DNA of 64,000 nt, taken from positions 39,485-103,484 of the forward strand of contig CAXHZO010000006.1 in the NCBI GenBank assembly GCA_964022095.1, in the 5' to 3' direction. Below are positions 49,749 through 60,010 of this stretch, piece by piece. The notes beneath the pieces were generated by a model. The model searched no databases, was not told the DNA's origin, and worked only from the letters and a program-made list of their open reading frames with translations. This DNA is from an uncultured Arcobacteraceae bacterium. Lineage in GTDB: Bacteria > Campylobacterota > Campylobacteria > Campylobacterales > Arcobacteraceae. The translations under genes and the position numbers were made by a program. How positions within the stretch are numbered: position 1 is the first letter of the stretch; each line of letters begins with the position of its first letter.

Positions 49749-50447
49749 ATGAGAAATAATATTTTAATTCTACTTTTATTAACACTTTTTTTTGCTGGTT
49801 GTAGTGTTCAAACCAAAAACTTAACAACAAAGCAATTTAATGATGTAAAAAAAGCACATGAAAAAAAATTTTATGAACAAACAAGGCCTGAAATATCAAA
49901 TGAATTAAAAATATTTATAAAGAAAGTAGTTAGATCTTTAGTAAAAAAAGATTTACAAACTATAAATAAAGAGCTAATAAATCCAAAAGTAGGATTTTAT
50001 AACTTAACTAAAGTAGAAGGAATCCCTAGCTTCTCACATCAAGATGTAATTTATAATGTAATAGAGAGTCATACAGAAGAGTTAAGTCAACTAATGAGCT
50101 ATATTTCTAAAAATGCAGTTAATTATGTGATTATTGAACAAAATTTAAAGTTCAATTGTAGTCCAAATAATGATGCTTTTTATGGTTGGAATGGTGAAGG
50201 TTTATATTTAAGTGATAAAAGTGATGGCTATTTATCAAAAATGTTAGAAGAAAGTACTATAACAAAAGATAATAAGTATAAAGAAGATATTAAAATTGCT
50301 AATTTTATTGAGACACAAAGTTATAAAGTAATTTTAACTCCTGATATTGTTTTTTATGTAAATAATATAGATGGGAAGTGGTACATTACACTATTTGACA
50401 GAATAACAACTGATTGTAGTAGCCCCGATATAAAATTAGATAATTAA
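49749..50447 (+). CDS. hypothetical lipoprotein
   Basis: Lipobox FAGC; two further Cys. Confidence 0.75.
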   Translation: MRNNILILLLLTLFFAGCSVQTKNLTTKQFNDVKKAHEKKFYEQTRPEISNELKIFIKKVVRSLVKKDLQTINKELINPKVGFYNLTKVEGIPSFSHQDVIYNVIESHTEELSQLMSYISKNAVNYVIIEQNLKFNCSPNNDAFYGWNGEGLYLSDKSDGYLSKMLEESTITKDNKYKEDIKIANFIETQSYKVILTPDIVFYVNNIDGKWYITLFDRITTDCSSPDIKLDN

Positions 50448-50469
50448 TTATTAACTAAAAACCCATTAG

Positions 50470-50506
50470 TGCAACTAAGTTGCAAGTAAGAATAAACTGA
50501 TAAAAT
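50470..50506 (+). promoter_or_regulatory. 7-1-7 palindrome plus extended -10 upstream of ribA
   Basis: TGCAACT-A-AGTTGCA at 50470-50484; TGaTAAAAT at 50498-50506. Confidence 0.55.
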
Positions 50507-50534
50507 TCTTTTAAAAAAGAGAGTTAAACTTAAG

Positions 50535-51101
50535 ATGTCTATTGAAATATCAAACATAGCCAACCTTCCAACACAATATGGTAATTTTAAAATACAATCT
50601 TTTAAAGATAATGGCTTAGAACATTTTGTAATATTTACACCGACACTTCCATCCATTCCACTTGTAAGAATACATTCAGAGTGCTTAACAGGAGATGTAT
50701 TTAAAAGTAAAAAATGTGATTGTGGAGAACAACTTGATTTTGCAATGAAAAAGATTAGCAAAGAAGGTGGTATGGTAATATATCTAAGACAAGAGGGGAG
50801 AGGAATAGGTCTTTTTAATAAAGTCAATGCTTACTCTTTACAAGATATAGGCTATGACACAATTGAAGCAAATGAAAAGCTTGGTTTTAAAGCAGACCTA
50901 AGAGAGTTTGCAATAGTGGATAAAATATTAAATCAGTATGAAATAAAAAAAATAAAACTAATGACAAATAATCCCAAAAAAATAGCTTCCTTAAAAGAAA
51001 TAGAAGTTGTACAAAGAGTGCCAGTTTTAGTGAATAGTTGTGAATACAATTATGAATATCTAAATGTAAAAAAAGAGAAAATGGATCATTTATTAGTTTA
51101 G
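50535..51101 (+). CDS. ribA: GTP cyclohydrolase II
   Basis: [11 protein letters not shown]...[16 protein letters not shown]. Confidence 0.96.
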   Translation: MSIEISNIANLPTQYGNFKIQSFKDNGLEHFVIFTPTLPSIPLVRIHSECLTGDVFKSKKCDCGEQLDFAMKKISKEGGMVIYLRQEGRGIGLFNKVNAYSLQDIGYDTIEANEKLGFKADLREFAIVDKILNQYEIKKIKLMTNNPKKIASLKEIEVVQRVPVLVNSCEYNYEYLNVKKEKMDHLLV

Positions 51102-51167
51102 AACCTTTTCCTTATTGTGGTTTAATAAATAAATAAGTATAAATAGAAAAAATTATTAGGATATAGC

Positions 51168-51767
51168 ATGAGCCAACAAGAGTTCTGGAATAGTAAGTTT
51201 TCAAGAGATGGTTACTTATATGGTACAAATCCAAATGAATTCTTAGCTTCAAATACAAACAAGTTAAAAAAAGATAGTCGTATTCTTTGTTTAGGTGAGG
51301 GTGAAGGAAGAAATGCAATATTCTTTGCAAAAAATAACTTTAATGTAACAGCAATGGATGCTTCAGATATTGGGCTTTCTAAACTTCATTTTAGAAGTAT
51401 TGAAGAGAATGTAAAGATTGAGACTATTTGTATAGATTTAAATGAGTGGGAAGTTTTAGAAAAGTATGATGCTATAGTAGCTTCATATTTACATATGTAT
51501 AAAACTGATAGAGAAAAACTATTTAAAAAGATAGAAGATTCATTACAAAAAGATGGTTATTTTATAGGGGAGTTTTTTTCAACAAAACAGTTAAACTATA
51601 ATAGCGGTGGACCAAAAGATGTTGAATTACTTTATACAATAGAAGATTTTGTGACATGTTTTAATTCATGCAATAAAGATATAAAAGAAGAAGTTGTAGT
51701 TTTAAATGAAGGGAAAGGTCACCAAGGTGAGGCTTGTGTTATTAGAGTTGTTATTCAAAAAAGATAG
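51168..51767 (+). CDS. class I SAM-dependent methyltransferase
   Basis: YLYGTNPNEFL, LGEGEGRNA, SGGP, EGKGH. Confidence 0.9.
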   Translation: MSQQEFWNSKFSRDGYLYGTNPNEFLASNTNKLKKDSRILCLGEGEGRNAIFFAKNNFNVTAMDASDIGLSKLHFRSIEENVKIETICIDLNEWEVLEKYDAIVASYLHMYKTDREKLFKKIEDSLQKDGYFIGEFFSTKQLNYNSGGPKDVELLYTIEDFVTCFNSCNKDIKEEVVVLNEGKGHQGEACVIRVVIQKR

Positions 51768-51855
51768 TTTAACAGCTTTTTAACTACTATTTAAATATAC
51801 TATTTACTTAATAATTAATATCAAAAAGAATTTATAAATAAAATTAGAGAAAATA

Positions 51856-54800
51856 ATGCAAAAAACAATTAATGATTTAATAGAAAAAAAAGTTTTAATA
51901 ATCGATGGAGCTATGGGAACACAGCTTCAATTAGCAGATATAAAACAAAGTGAGTGGGAGTTTGAAGGTCAAGACTTAGATGGTTGTAATGAACTTTTAA
52001 ATTTAACTGCACCACATATTTTAGAATCAATTCATGATGCTTATGCAGCTAGTGGAGCTGATTTAATAAGTACAAATACTTTTGGTTCAATGCCATGGGT
52101 TTTAGATGAGTACCAAATACCTCAAATGTCTTATGAACTTTCACGCCTTGGTGCAGAGCTTGTAAAAAAATCTTGTGATAAATACAGCACTCCTGAGAAA
52201 CCAAGATTTTGTTTAGGCTCAATTGGTCCTGGTACAAAACTTCCAAGTCTTGCTCATATCACTTATGATGAGATGTATGATGGTTATAAGATCATGGCAC
52301 AAGGACTTGCTGATGGTGGATGTGATATTTTCTTACTTGAAACTTGTCAAGATCCATTACAAATTAAAGCAGCCCTTCATGCCTTAAATGATGCAGCACC
52401 TCAGATTCCAATTATGGTTTCAGTAACTATTGAAATGTCTGGTACTATGTTAATTGGAACAGATGCGATGACTATCGCAGCTATTTTAAAACCATTTAAT
52501 ATCTTATCATTAGGATTTAACTGTGGTACTGGACCTAAGCAAGTTCATAAGCATGTTAAAACATTAAGCGAAGTTACAAGGTTTCCAATTTCCGTTCATG
52601 CAAATGCGGGACTTCCTCAAAATAGAGGTGGACAAACTTATTACCCAATGGGTCCAGATGAATTTAAAGATTTACAAAAAGAGTTTTTAGAAATAAATGG
52701 TGTTAGCTTTTTAGGTGGTTGTTGTGGTACAACTCCTGAACATATTGAAGCTTTAGTAAAAGAAGTAGAAGGAATAACTCCTAAAAAACCTAATGGGTTT
52801 TTAAAAGCTTCACTTGCAAGTTTATTTAATACTGTTCCACTAAAGCAAGAGCCAGCTCCTTTATTAATTGGTGAGAGAAGTAATGCTACTGGTTCAAAGG
52901 CATTTAGAGAGTTATTAAAAGCAAATGATTATGAAGGAACACTAACTGTTGGGCAACAACAAGTAAGAGCTGGAGCTCATGTTATTGATGTATCTGTTGG
53001 ATTTGCTGGACGGGATGAAAGAGCTGATATGGATGAGGTTGTAAAACTTTATTCTCAGAAAATTTCACTGCCACTTATGCCAGATTCTACACAAACACCT
53101 GCACTTGAAGCTGCCTTAAAACAAATTGGTGGAAGATGTATTATCAACTCGGTTAACCTTGAAGATGGTGAAGAAAAGTTTGATACAGTTTGTAAATTAG
53201 CCAAAAAATTCGGTGCTGCACTTGTGTGTTTAGTTATTGATGAAATTGGTATGGCTAAAACATGTGAGCGAAAACTAGAAGTTGCAGAGAGAATCTATGA
53301 TTTATGTGTAAATAGACATGGGTTTGACCCAGCTGATTTAGTATTTGATATGCTTACATTTACTATTGGTTCAGGTGATGATGAGTATAGAACAGCTGGT
53401 GTTGAAACACTAGAAGCTATTAAAGAATTCCAAATTAGACATCCAGAAGTTGGTACTACTTTAGGGTTATCAAATATCTCTTTTGGACTTGATCAAAAAG
53501 CAAGAGTTTATTTAAACTCTATTTATTTAGATCTTTGTGTAAAAGCTGGACTAACATCTGCTATTGTAAATGTTAAGCATATTTTACCACTGAATAAAAT
53601 CAGTGAAGAAGACAAAAAAGCTTGTGAAGATTTAATTTTCAATAATCAAGAAAATGGTGATCCTCTATTTAAGTTCATTGAACACTTCTCAAATGTTGCA
53701 GACCATGAAGAACAAAGTGATGAAGAATACAATGCCTTAACACCAATTGAAAAAGTAAAACAACTATTACTTGATGGTGATAAAGAAAGAATGCTTCCTC
53801 TTGTTGAAGAGTTAAGACATGAAGTTAGTCCTGAAATTATTGTAAATGAATGGCTAATTGATGGTATGAAAATTATTGGAGAGTTATTTGGTAGTGGTCA
53901 AATGCAGTTACCATTTGTACTTCAAAGTGCTGAAACTATGAAAGCAACTGTTGATGCTCTTAATCCGTATTTACCAAAAAAAGAAAAAGAAACTGATACA
54001 ACTTTAGTACTTGGAACTGTAAAAGGTGATGTACATGATGTTGGTAAAAACCTAGTTGATATTATTCTTTCAAATAATGGGTTTAAAGTTGAAAATATCG
54101 GTATTAAAGCTGATTTATCATCATTTATTGAAAAATTTGAAGAGAGTAAAGCAAGTGCAATAGGTATGAGTGGTTTACTTGTAAAGTCAACTGCTGTTAT
54201 GAAAGAAAATCTTGAAGAATTAACAAAACAAGGTATTAAAGTTCCTATTTTACTTGGTGGAGCTGCACTTACTAAAAGTTTTGTTGATGATTATTGTAGA
54301 ACTATTTATGAAGGTCCGATTTTTTATTGTAGAGATGCTTTTGATGGTGTTGTTGCAATGCAAAGAATTGAAGATGGAGATGAGAATAATACAGCTTTAG
54401 CCGCTGATTTAAAGCCAGTTATTGATACTAGTGCAAAAGTAGAAAAAGAAGTAGTAGAAATCCCTCCTTATGAAGAAATACCAATGCCTGAAGAGACAAA
54501 ATTTACTTTCCCACCAATTTGGGATAGAGTAAGTTTAACTGGTAGAAAAATTGATAAAGAGTTAGTATTCAAATGGATTAACCATAGAGTATTATTTAGA
54601 CAAAGATGGGGATATAAAAGAGGAAAACAAGCAAGTACTGATTTCTTAGAGTATGAAAAAAATGTTGTTGAGCCTATGTATGAAGAGTTAAAAGCTGAAT
54701 TAGTTGATAAAGATATCTTTGATCCAATCGCTATTTATGAGTACTACCCTTGTATGTCTTATGATAATAAGCTTTATATCTTTGATAAAAAGTATCTTTT

Positions 54801-55335
54801 TAATTCACAAAAAGAAGCAATTGAAAATAAACCAAGTTTAGATGAAGCAATCAAAGTATTTGAGTTCCCAAGACAACAAAGAAAACCATTTAGATGTATT
54901 GCTGATTATTTTGCAAGTGATAGATTAGATGTAGTTGGATTTACACTTGCAAGTGCAGGGCTTAAAATATCTGATTATGAAAGAGAGTTTTATGATTCTG
55001 GTGAGTTTAATAAATACTACCAAATTCATGGACTTGGAGTTGAATTAGCAGAAGCCTTAGCAGAGGTTTTACATAAGCAAATGAGACTTGATTTAGATAT
55101 TGTTCCAAAAGAAGGTCATACATTAAATGATGTTCAAATGAAACAATACGTAGGTTGTAGATACTCTCCAGGATATGCAGCTTGTCCTGATTTAGCGATG
55201 AATAGAGATATCTTTGATTTATTAGAGCCTGAGAAGTTTGGAATTGAATTAAGTGAAACATTCCAAATGCATCCAGAGCAAACAACGTGTGCAATCGTAG
55301 TGCCACATCATGAAGCTAAATATTATAATGTATAA
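51856..55335 (+). CDS. metH: cobalamin-dependent methionine synthase
   Basis: DGAMGT, GGCCGT, IGERSN, GDVHDVGKNLV, SGLL, RYSPGYAACP. Confidence 0.98.
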   Translation: MQKTINDLIEKKVLIIDGAMGTQLQLADIKQSEWEFEGQDLDGCNELLNLTAPHILESIHDAYAASGADLISTNTFGSMPWVLDEYQIPQMSYELSRLGAELVKKSCDKYSTPEKPRFCLGSIGPGTKLPSLAHITYDEMYDGYKIMAQGLADGGCDIFLLETCQDPLQIKAALHALNDAAPQIPIMVSVTIEMSGTMLIGTDAMTIAAILKPFNILSLGFNCGTGPKQVHKHVKTLSEVTRFPISVHANAGLPQNRGGQTYYPMGPDEFKDLQKEFLEINGVSFLGGCCGTTPEHIEALVKEVEGITPKKPNGFLKASLASLFNTVPLKQEPAPLLIGERSNATGSKAFRELLKANDYEGTLTVGQQQVRAGAHVIDVSVGFAGRDERADMDEVVKLYSQKISLPLMPDSTQTPALEAALKQIGGRCIINSVNLEDGEEKFDTVCKLAKKFGAALVCLVIDEIGMAKTCERKLEVAERIYDLCVNRHGFDPADLVFDMLTFTIGSGDDEYRTAGVETLEAIKEFQIRHPEVGTTLGLSNISFGLDQKARVYLNSIYLDLCVKAGLTSAIVNVKHILPLNKISEEDKKACEDLIFNNQENGDPLFKFIEHFSNVADHEEQSDEEYNALTPIEKVKQLLLDGDKERMLPLVEELRHEVSPEIIVNEWLIDGMKIIGELFGSGQMQLPFVLQSAETMKATVDALNPYLPKKEKETDTTLVLGTVKGDVHDVGKNLVDIILSNNGFKVENIGIKADLSSFIEKFEESKASAIGMSGLLVKSTAVMKENLEELTKQGIKVPILLGGAALTKSFVDDYCRTIYEGPIFYCRDAFDGVVAMQRIEDGDENNTALAADLKPVIDTSAKVEKEVVEIPPYEEIPMPEETKFTFPPIWDRVSLTGRKIDKELVFKWINHRVLFRQRWGYKRGKQASTDFLEYEKNVVEPMYEELKAELVDKDIFDPIAIYEYYPCMSYDNKLYIFDKKYLFNSQKEAIENKPSLDEAIKVFEFPRQQRKPFRCIADYFASDRLDVVGFTLASAGLKISDYEREFYDSGEFNKYYQIHGLGVELAEALAEVLHKQMRLDLDIVPKEGHTLNDVQMKQYVGCRYSPGYAACPDLAMNRDIFDLLEPEKFGIELSETFQMHPEQTTCAIVVPHHEAKYYNV

Positions 55336-55421
55336 AAAAAGAAATTAATATATAAGTATAATAATTAACACAAAATTATAAAAAAGTAAGATAGAATTGT
55401 AGTTATTAATAAATAGGAAAA

Positions 55422-55919
55422 TTGATGCCTAAAGAGAAAACATTAAAGAAAAAAATTTTAGATTATATTTACAATACTTCAAAGCAACCAATACTTTTAA
55501 AAGATTTATTGGTTGCAAATAGACAATATAATGAAGGTATGCATGTAGAACCTGCAAAGCTTGGATTTAGGATTAAACTTGCAAAAGCTTATTTAGTTTA
55601 TATTTTGTTAGTAGCAGCTGTATTAGTTCCAATATCTTTATTAACTCATAAACCACTTGCGAATATTGATCCACATATTTCTATACTTGGAGCTATGGTC
55701 ATAACAGCTGTTATATTCATAGGATTTAATTTTTTTAGGTCATTTATGAGAGATGCTATTACAAAAGAGTTAATCAAAAAATCTTGGATTTTACATTTTC
55801 CCTATTTTTCATATGAAGAGTATTCTGAAAAAATAGATGAAATTTTTGGAAATGCCATGAAAGATGAGATTTCTAAAAGAGATTTAGAAAGATATATTTT
55901 AGATAATCTTTCTAAATAG
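55422..55919 (+). CDS. hypothetical two-TM membrane protein
   Basis: Two hydrophobic helices; AGGA RBS. The start may be the ATG at 55425. Confidence 0.7.
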   Translation: MMPKEKTLKKKILDYIYNTSKQPILLKDLLVANRQYNEGMHVEPAKLGFRIKLAKAYLVYILLVAAVLVPISLLTHKPLANIDPHISILGAMVITAVIFIGFNFFRSFMRDAITKELIKKSWILHFPYFSYEEYSEKIDEIFGNAMKDEISKRDLERYILDNLSK

Positions 55920-55926
55920 AAACTTG

Positions 55927-56163
55927 TTATTGGCAAGTTTCTTGACACTGATTTAGTGTTTCAAAGGGAACATTTTCACCGCAACCACCCCAAATAAAAC
56001 TTTTACAAATACCGCTTTTATAATCAAAGTAGTATTTATTGAACATTGCTTTACATTTTCCTGTTTTTGGAAGAGAGTAACATTTTGAGTCAAGTTTTTT
56101 ATTTGTAGTTGCACAAGCAGAAAATAAAAACACAGCACTGATAATTAGTAAAAAGTTTCGCAT
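55927..56163 (-). CDS. BPTI/Kunitz-domain lipoprotein
   Basis: Lipobox FSAC. Six Cys with Kunitz spacing: C.SLPKTGKCKA...YYFD...C..FIWGGC...F....C...C. Confidence 0.9.
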   Translation of the reverse strand: MRNFLLIISAVFLFSACATTNKKLDSKCYSLPKTGKCKAMFNKYYFDYKSGICKSFIWGGCGENVPFETLNQCQETCQ

Positions 56164-56257
56164 AGAGTATCCTTAGTAATATATTTTATACTTATGCTTT
56201 TTTAAAATAGATTAATTATTATAGATTTTATATACAAAATTAAAAGGTTTAATAAAA

Positions 56258-56947
56258 TTGAAATATGAAAAAGAGATGAAAATAGCTTTTAAAGTCTCAA
56301 TACCAGTAATGATGGGATATGCTGTTTTAGGATTTGCATTTGGGTTATTACTTGTTTCTTTTGGCTATGCTTGGTATTTTGCACCTTTAATGAGTCTTTT
56401 TATTTATGCAGGAGCTTTACAGTTTGTTGCTATAAATTTTTTTAATGTAAAAGCAGGTTTGATTGATATTGCTATTGCATCTTGGTTTGTAAATTTAAGA
56501 CAATCTTTTTATGGCTTATCTTTATTAAAAAGGTTTAAAAAAACTGGTAAATTAAAGCCATATTTGATTTTTGGTCTTACAGATGAAACTTATGCTCTTC
56601 TAACAACACTAAAAGATGACGAGCAGTTAAAGAAACCTTGGTATTACTTCTTTTTAACAGCTTTTAACCAAAGTTATTGGTTTATAGGTTCAACACTTGG
56701 TGCCATAATTGGATCTAACATCAAGTTTGATACAGCAGGCTTAGAGTTTTCATTAACTGCATTATTTGTTGTTCTTTGTATAGAGCAATATAAGAATTTA
56801 AAAAATCCAATACCATTTTTGATTGGAAGTATTGTTTCAGTTATAGCTTTAGTTTTAGTACCATCTGATAAGATGCTGGTAACTTCTATTTTACTTTCGT
56901 TATTACTATTATTTACCTTTAAAAAAAGGCTTGAAACTGATGAATAA
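56258..56947 (+). CDS. azlC: AzlC family branched-chain amino acid exporter
   Basis: YAGALQF, VNLR, FGLTDETYA, LEFSLTALF. Confidence 0.93.
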   Translation: MKYEKEMKIAFKVSIPVMMGYAVLGFAFGLLLVSFGYAWYFAPLMSLFIYAGALQFVAINFFNVKAGLIDIAIASWFVNLRQSFYGLSLLKRFKKTGKLKPYLIFGLTDETYALLTTLKDDEQLKKPWYYFFLTAFNQSYWFIGSTLGAIIGSNIKFDTAGLEFSLTALFVVLCIEQYKNLKNPIPFLIGSIVSVIALVLVPSDKMLVTSILLSLLLLFTFKKRLETDE

Positions 56948-57260
56948 TATTGAAATATTACTTGCCATTGCAGTTATGAGTGCAGTAAATCTTTTTACTA
57001 GAGTTTTTCCTTTTATGTTTTTTAAAAATAAAGAATTACCTAAGTCCTTGGTATTTATAGAGAAATTCTTTCCTCCTACGATTATGACAATACTTATTTT
57101 TTATACTTTAAAAGATATTGATTTTAGTTTGTATCCTCATGGAATAAAAGAACTTGCGGGAATTTTATTTACTATTGCTTTACACTTAAGTGTGAAAAAC
57201 TATTTAGTTTCAATATTCTTTGGAACAATTTTTTATATGGTATTAGTTCAATATATTTAA
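56940..57260 (+). CDS. azlD: AzlD family small subunit
   Basis: TRVFPF, PPTIM; ATG 56940 overlaps the end of azlC. Confidence 0.9.
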   Translation: MNNIEILLAIAVMSAVNLFTRVFPFMFFKNKELPKSLVFIEKFFPPTIMTILIFYTLKDIDFSLYPHGIKELAGILFTIALHLSVKNYLVSIFFGTIFYMVLVQYI

Positions 57261-58012
57261 AGTTTTTGGTCGTAAATAGCTTTTAAAGTAGTATTTCTAG
57301 TCTTTTTTAAATCCATATCAATATATTTACCAATAGTATTTTGCTTTTGTTTGAAACTTAGAGTGATTTTTCTTTTTGCAGGTCTGTATTCATATATGAA
57401 GAAACCAGCTTCATTCATAGATAATCTTACGGGTGAAGCAATAGAATAAGTACTCATAATACAATCATCCCTTGCAATATAATATAAGTCATCAAAATAC
57501 TCTTTTGTCCATAATTCCATATTTACTTCACTTGAAAATGCATCTTGATAAATTATGTCAAAAAAGTTTTTAGGCAGTGATTTTAAATAGTTTCTTGCAT
57601 CACCAATAAATATTTCTATTCTAATATTTCCATCTTCATATTTATTTGTTGTTGCTAGTGAATTAATAATCTCTTTTAGTTCACTAAACTCATCTGGGTA
57701 TTTGAAATCTTTTAGTGAAGCAATAAGTTCTCCATCAAGTTCTGGAGAATAAATATTTATTATTTTATGTATATTATTTTGTCTTAAATACCAAATAGTC
57801 GTTAAAGTATTGTATCCAATCCCAAAACACATATCTAAGATATTCAACTCTTCTTTGCTTTTATGATAGTTTATCGTTGGAATGATGTGCTTATTTAAAG
57901 ACTCATTTATAGCACCATCATCAAGATTGTGAAAGTGCTGATTGTATTTTTGTGAAAAAAGTGTATTTGAGCCATCGATTGTAGGTACTACACTGTTTAT
58001 ATTATCTTGCAT
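57257..58012 (-). CDS. mnmD: tRNA mnm5s2U34 methyltransferase (stand-alone MnmC N-terminal domain, MnmD)
   Basis: T.DGS.TLFS..Y.QHFH, GA..ES, CFGIGYN, GDA, DAFS...LWT. Confidence 0.85.
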   Translation of the reverse strand: MQDNINSVVPTIDGSNTLFSQKYNQHFHNLDDGAINESLNKHIIPTINYHKSKEELNILDMCFGIGYNTLTTIWYLRQNNIHKIINIYSPELDGELIASLKDFKYPDEFSELKEIINSLATTNKYEDGNIRIEIFIGDARNYLKSLPKNFFDIIYQDAFSSEVNMELWTKEYFDDLYYIARDDCIMSTYSIASPVRLSMNEAGFFIYEYRPAKRKITLSFKQKQNTIGKYIDMDLKKTRNTTLKAIYDQKL

Positions 58013-58222
58013 TAAAGTCCATTCATTTTGTTTGATTGAATTATATCATATTAGAAAAAAGCACATAGGTACTCAAATATATATTTTTTTATTATTTATT
58101 TGTAATCATTTAATAAGTTTAAGAGTTACTTAATGATTGTTTAATTAGAATCCAATATCAAAATAATTAAATATATTATATATAAAGAAACATAATATAT
58201 TTGATAAAAATAAAGGAAACAA

Positions 58223-58945
58223 GTGAAAAAAAGAATTTTAGGCACTTTAGTATTAACAGCTGCGATATTCACAGGATGTGGTGGAGGAGGTGGAGGTTCT
58301 TCTTCAACTACTTATGATATGTATAGTTATTTAGTTAATCCAGAAATATTAACAAATGATAAAGTAGTATCAATAAGTCACCACTATGTAGAATATTTAG
58401 ATGGTGTAGAAAGTTTTTCTACTGATGATCATACATTGCATCAAAAATACGATGATGATAGTATTGAAGAGTATCTCTCTTCTCCATCATTTATATCGAA
58501 TACTACAGAGTATAATAATAACATAGGCTCAATGACTCCTGATTATCAACTTGATATAAGTGATACAAAGATTATTGAAACATATTTAGCTGGAAGTATA
58601 GATTATGAACTTAAAAGAGTATTATCAATTGGAGATATGATCTATTCTGAACTTACTTATACAGGAAGTACATATACTTGTAATTTAAGTAAACATTATG
58701 AATCTATTAATATAAAAGATAGAATTGAGAGTTTTTATAATACTACTAGTTACTCTTCAATCGATAAAACATACAATGATGTAATAGAGATGATCTGCAC
58801 TGATAGTTTTACAAATGAAGAAAATTATACTTACTATGCTAAAAATAAAGGATTGATTCTTGAAATGTATGATATAAATCTAACTTCAGGTGTAAAAGAG
58901 CATACTATGACATATATGACAAAAAATTTAGTTATAGATAAATAA
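58223..58945 (+). CDS. hypothetical lipoprotein with Gly/Ser tether
   Basis: Lipobox FTGC followed by GGGGGGSSS; C-terminal YYAKNKGLI motif. Confidence 0.75.
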   Translation: MKKRILGTLVLTAAIFTGCGGGGGGSSSTTYDMYSYLVNPEILTNDKVVSISHHYVEYLDGVESFSTDDHTLHQKYDDDSIEEYLSSPSFISNTTEYNNNIGSMTPDYQLDISDTKIIETYLAGSIDYELKRVLSIGDMIYSELTYTGSTYTCNLSKHYESINIKDRIESFYNTTSYSSIDKTYNDVIEMICTDSFTNEENYTYYAKNKGLILEMYDINLTSGVKEHTMTYMTKNLVIDK

Positions 58946-58951
58946 TGGGTT

Positions 58952-59392
58952 TTACAACCCATTATCCCAATGGTGCATTTTTTTTGCTGTTAGTAAATTA
59001 AAACCATCAAATAACTCAATATTATTTGGTGCTTGAAACCCTGTTTGCTCAAGTAAGTCTAGAAGTTCATATTTATTATCATTTGATTTTTTTTCTAAAA
59101 TTATGATATTTCCAGAGTTTTCAATAGATTTATAAACAAGTTTTAATATAGCTTCTTTATTTGGACAGTAGTTTAAAATATCACCTAAAACTACATATTC
59201 ATACTCTCTTGCTGTTCTAAGTCTAGCGCTTGATTCATCAGTAAAAGGAATATATTTTATATTTCCTTCATTTTTATCTTTTATTTCTTCAAGTGAGTCT
59301 GTTACTAAATCTAGATTATTGTTAATATGTAAAATTGCAATATTTGGATAAGGAGCAAAAAGCTCCTTGAATAGCTCTAGTTCTTTGGACAA
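58952..59392 (-). CDS. hypothetical protein, degenerate methyltransferase-like fold
   Basis: YEYVVL...IENSGNIIILE...LLEQTGF resembles the C-terminal half of class I MTases; directly follows luxS. Confidence 0.55.
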   Translation of the reverse strand: MSKELELFKELFAPYPNIAILHINNNLDLVTDSLEEIKDKNEGNIKYIPFTDESSARLRTAREYEYVVLGDILNYCPNKEAILKLVYKSIENSGNIIILEKKSNDNKYELLDLLEQTGFQAPNNIELFDGFNLLTAKKMHHWDNGL

Positions 59393-59393
59393 A

Positions 59394-59909
59394 CTAGTTC
59401 CCTAAAGATTTTAGTTTTTCTTCACTTAAAAATAACTCTTCATTTGACATAACACCAATATCAGAGTTTAAAATATCTTGAGCGATTTCTTTTGCTTCAG
59501 GAAGTGAGTGCATAGCGCAAGTTCCACATTGATAAATGTTTAATTCTGGAATGTCTTCTTGTTTTTCTACATTTAAAACATCTTCCATTGCTGCTCTCCA
59601 AGCAATCCCTACTTGCTCTTCACTTGGACTACCAAGTAAACTCATATAAAAACCAGTTCTACATCCCATAGGTGAAACATCGATGATTTCAACTTTATCA
59701 GAGTTTAAATGATTTCTAATAAACCCAGCAAAAAGATGCTCTAATGTATGAATACCTTTTTCACTTAACATTTTTTCATTTGGTACACAAAATCTTAAAT
59801 CAAAAACTGTAATAATATCCCCCGATGGTGATTTCATAGTTTTTGCAACTCTAACAGCAGGTGCTGGCATAATAGTATGATCTACTCTAAAACTGTCTAA
59901 TAATGGCAT
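59394..59909 (-). CDS. luxS: S-ribosylhomocysteine lyase
   Basis: [28 protein letters not shown]. Confidence 0.98.
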   Translation of the reverse strand: MPLLDSFRVDHTIMPAPAVRVAKTMKSPSGDIITVFDLRFCVPNEKMLSEKGIHTLEHLFAGFIRNHLNSDKVEIIDVSPMGCRTGFYMSLLGSPSEEQVGIAWRAAMEDVLNVEKQEDIPELNIYQCGTCAMHSLPEAKEIAQDILNSDIGVMSNEELFLSEEKLKSLGN

Positions 59910-60010
59910 AATAATTCCTTTTTAATTGTTTATAAAATTTATTCAAATCTTTGTTTTTTAATAAGTGATGATTGTATCAAATTTTTGATGAATAGGTGGT
60001 AAGAAAGTTT

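Noticed and set aside
51768-51855. Cobalamin or SAM riboswitch before metH
   Set aside because: The interval is only 88 bp, almost pure A/T, and lacks the conserved cores.
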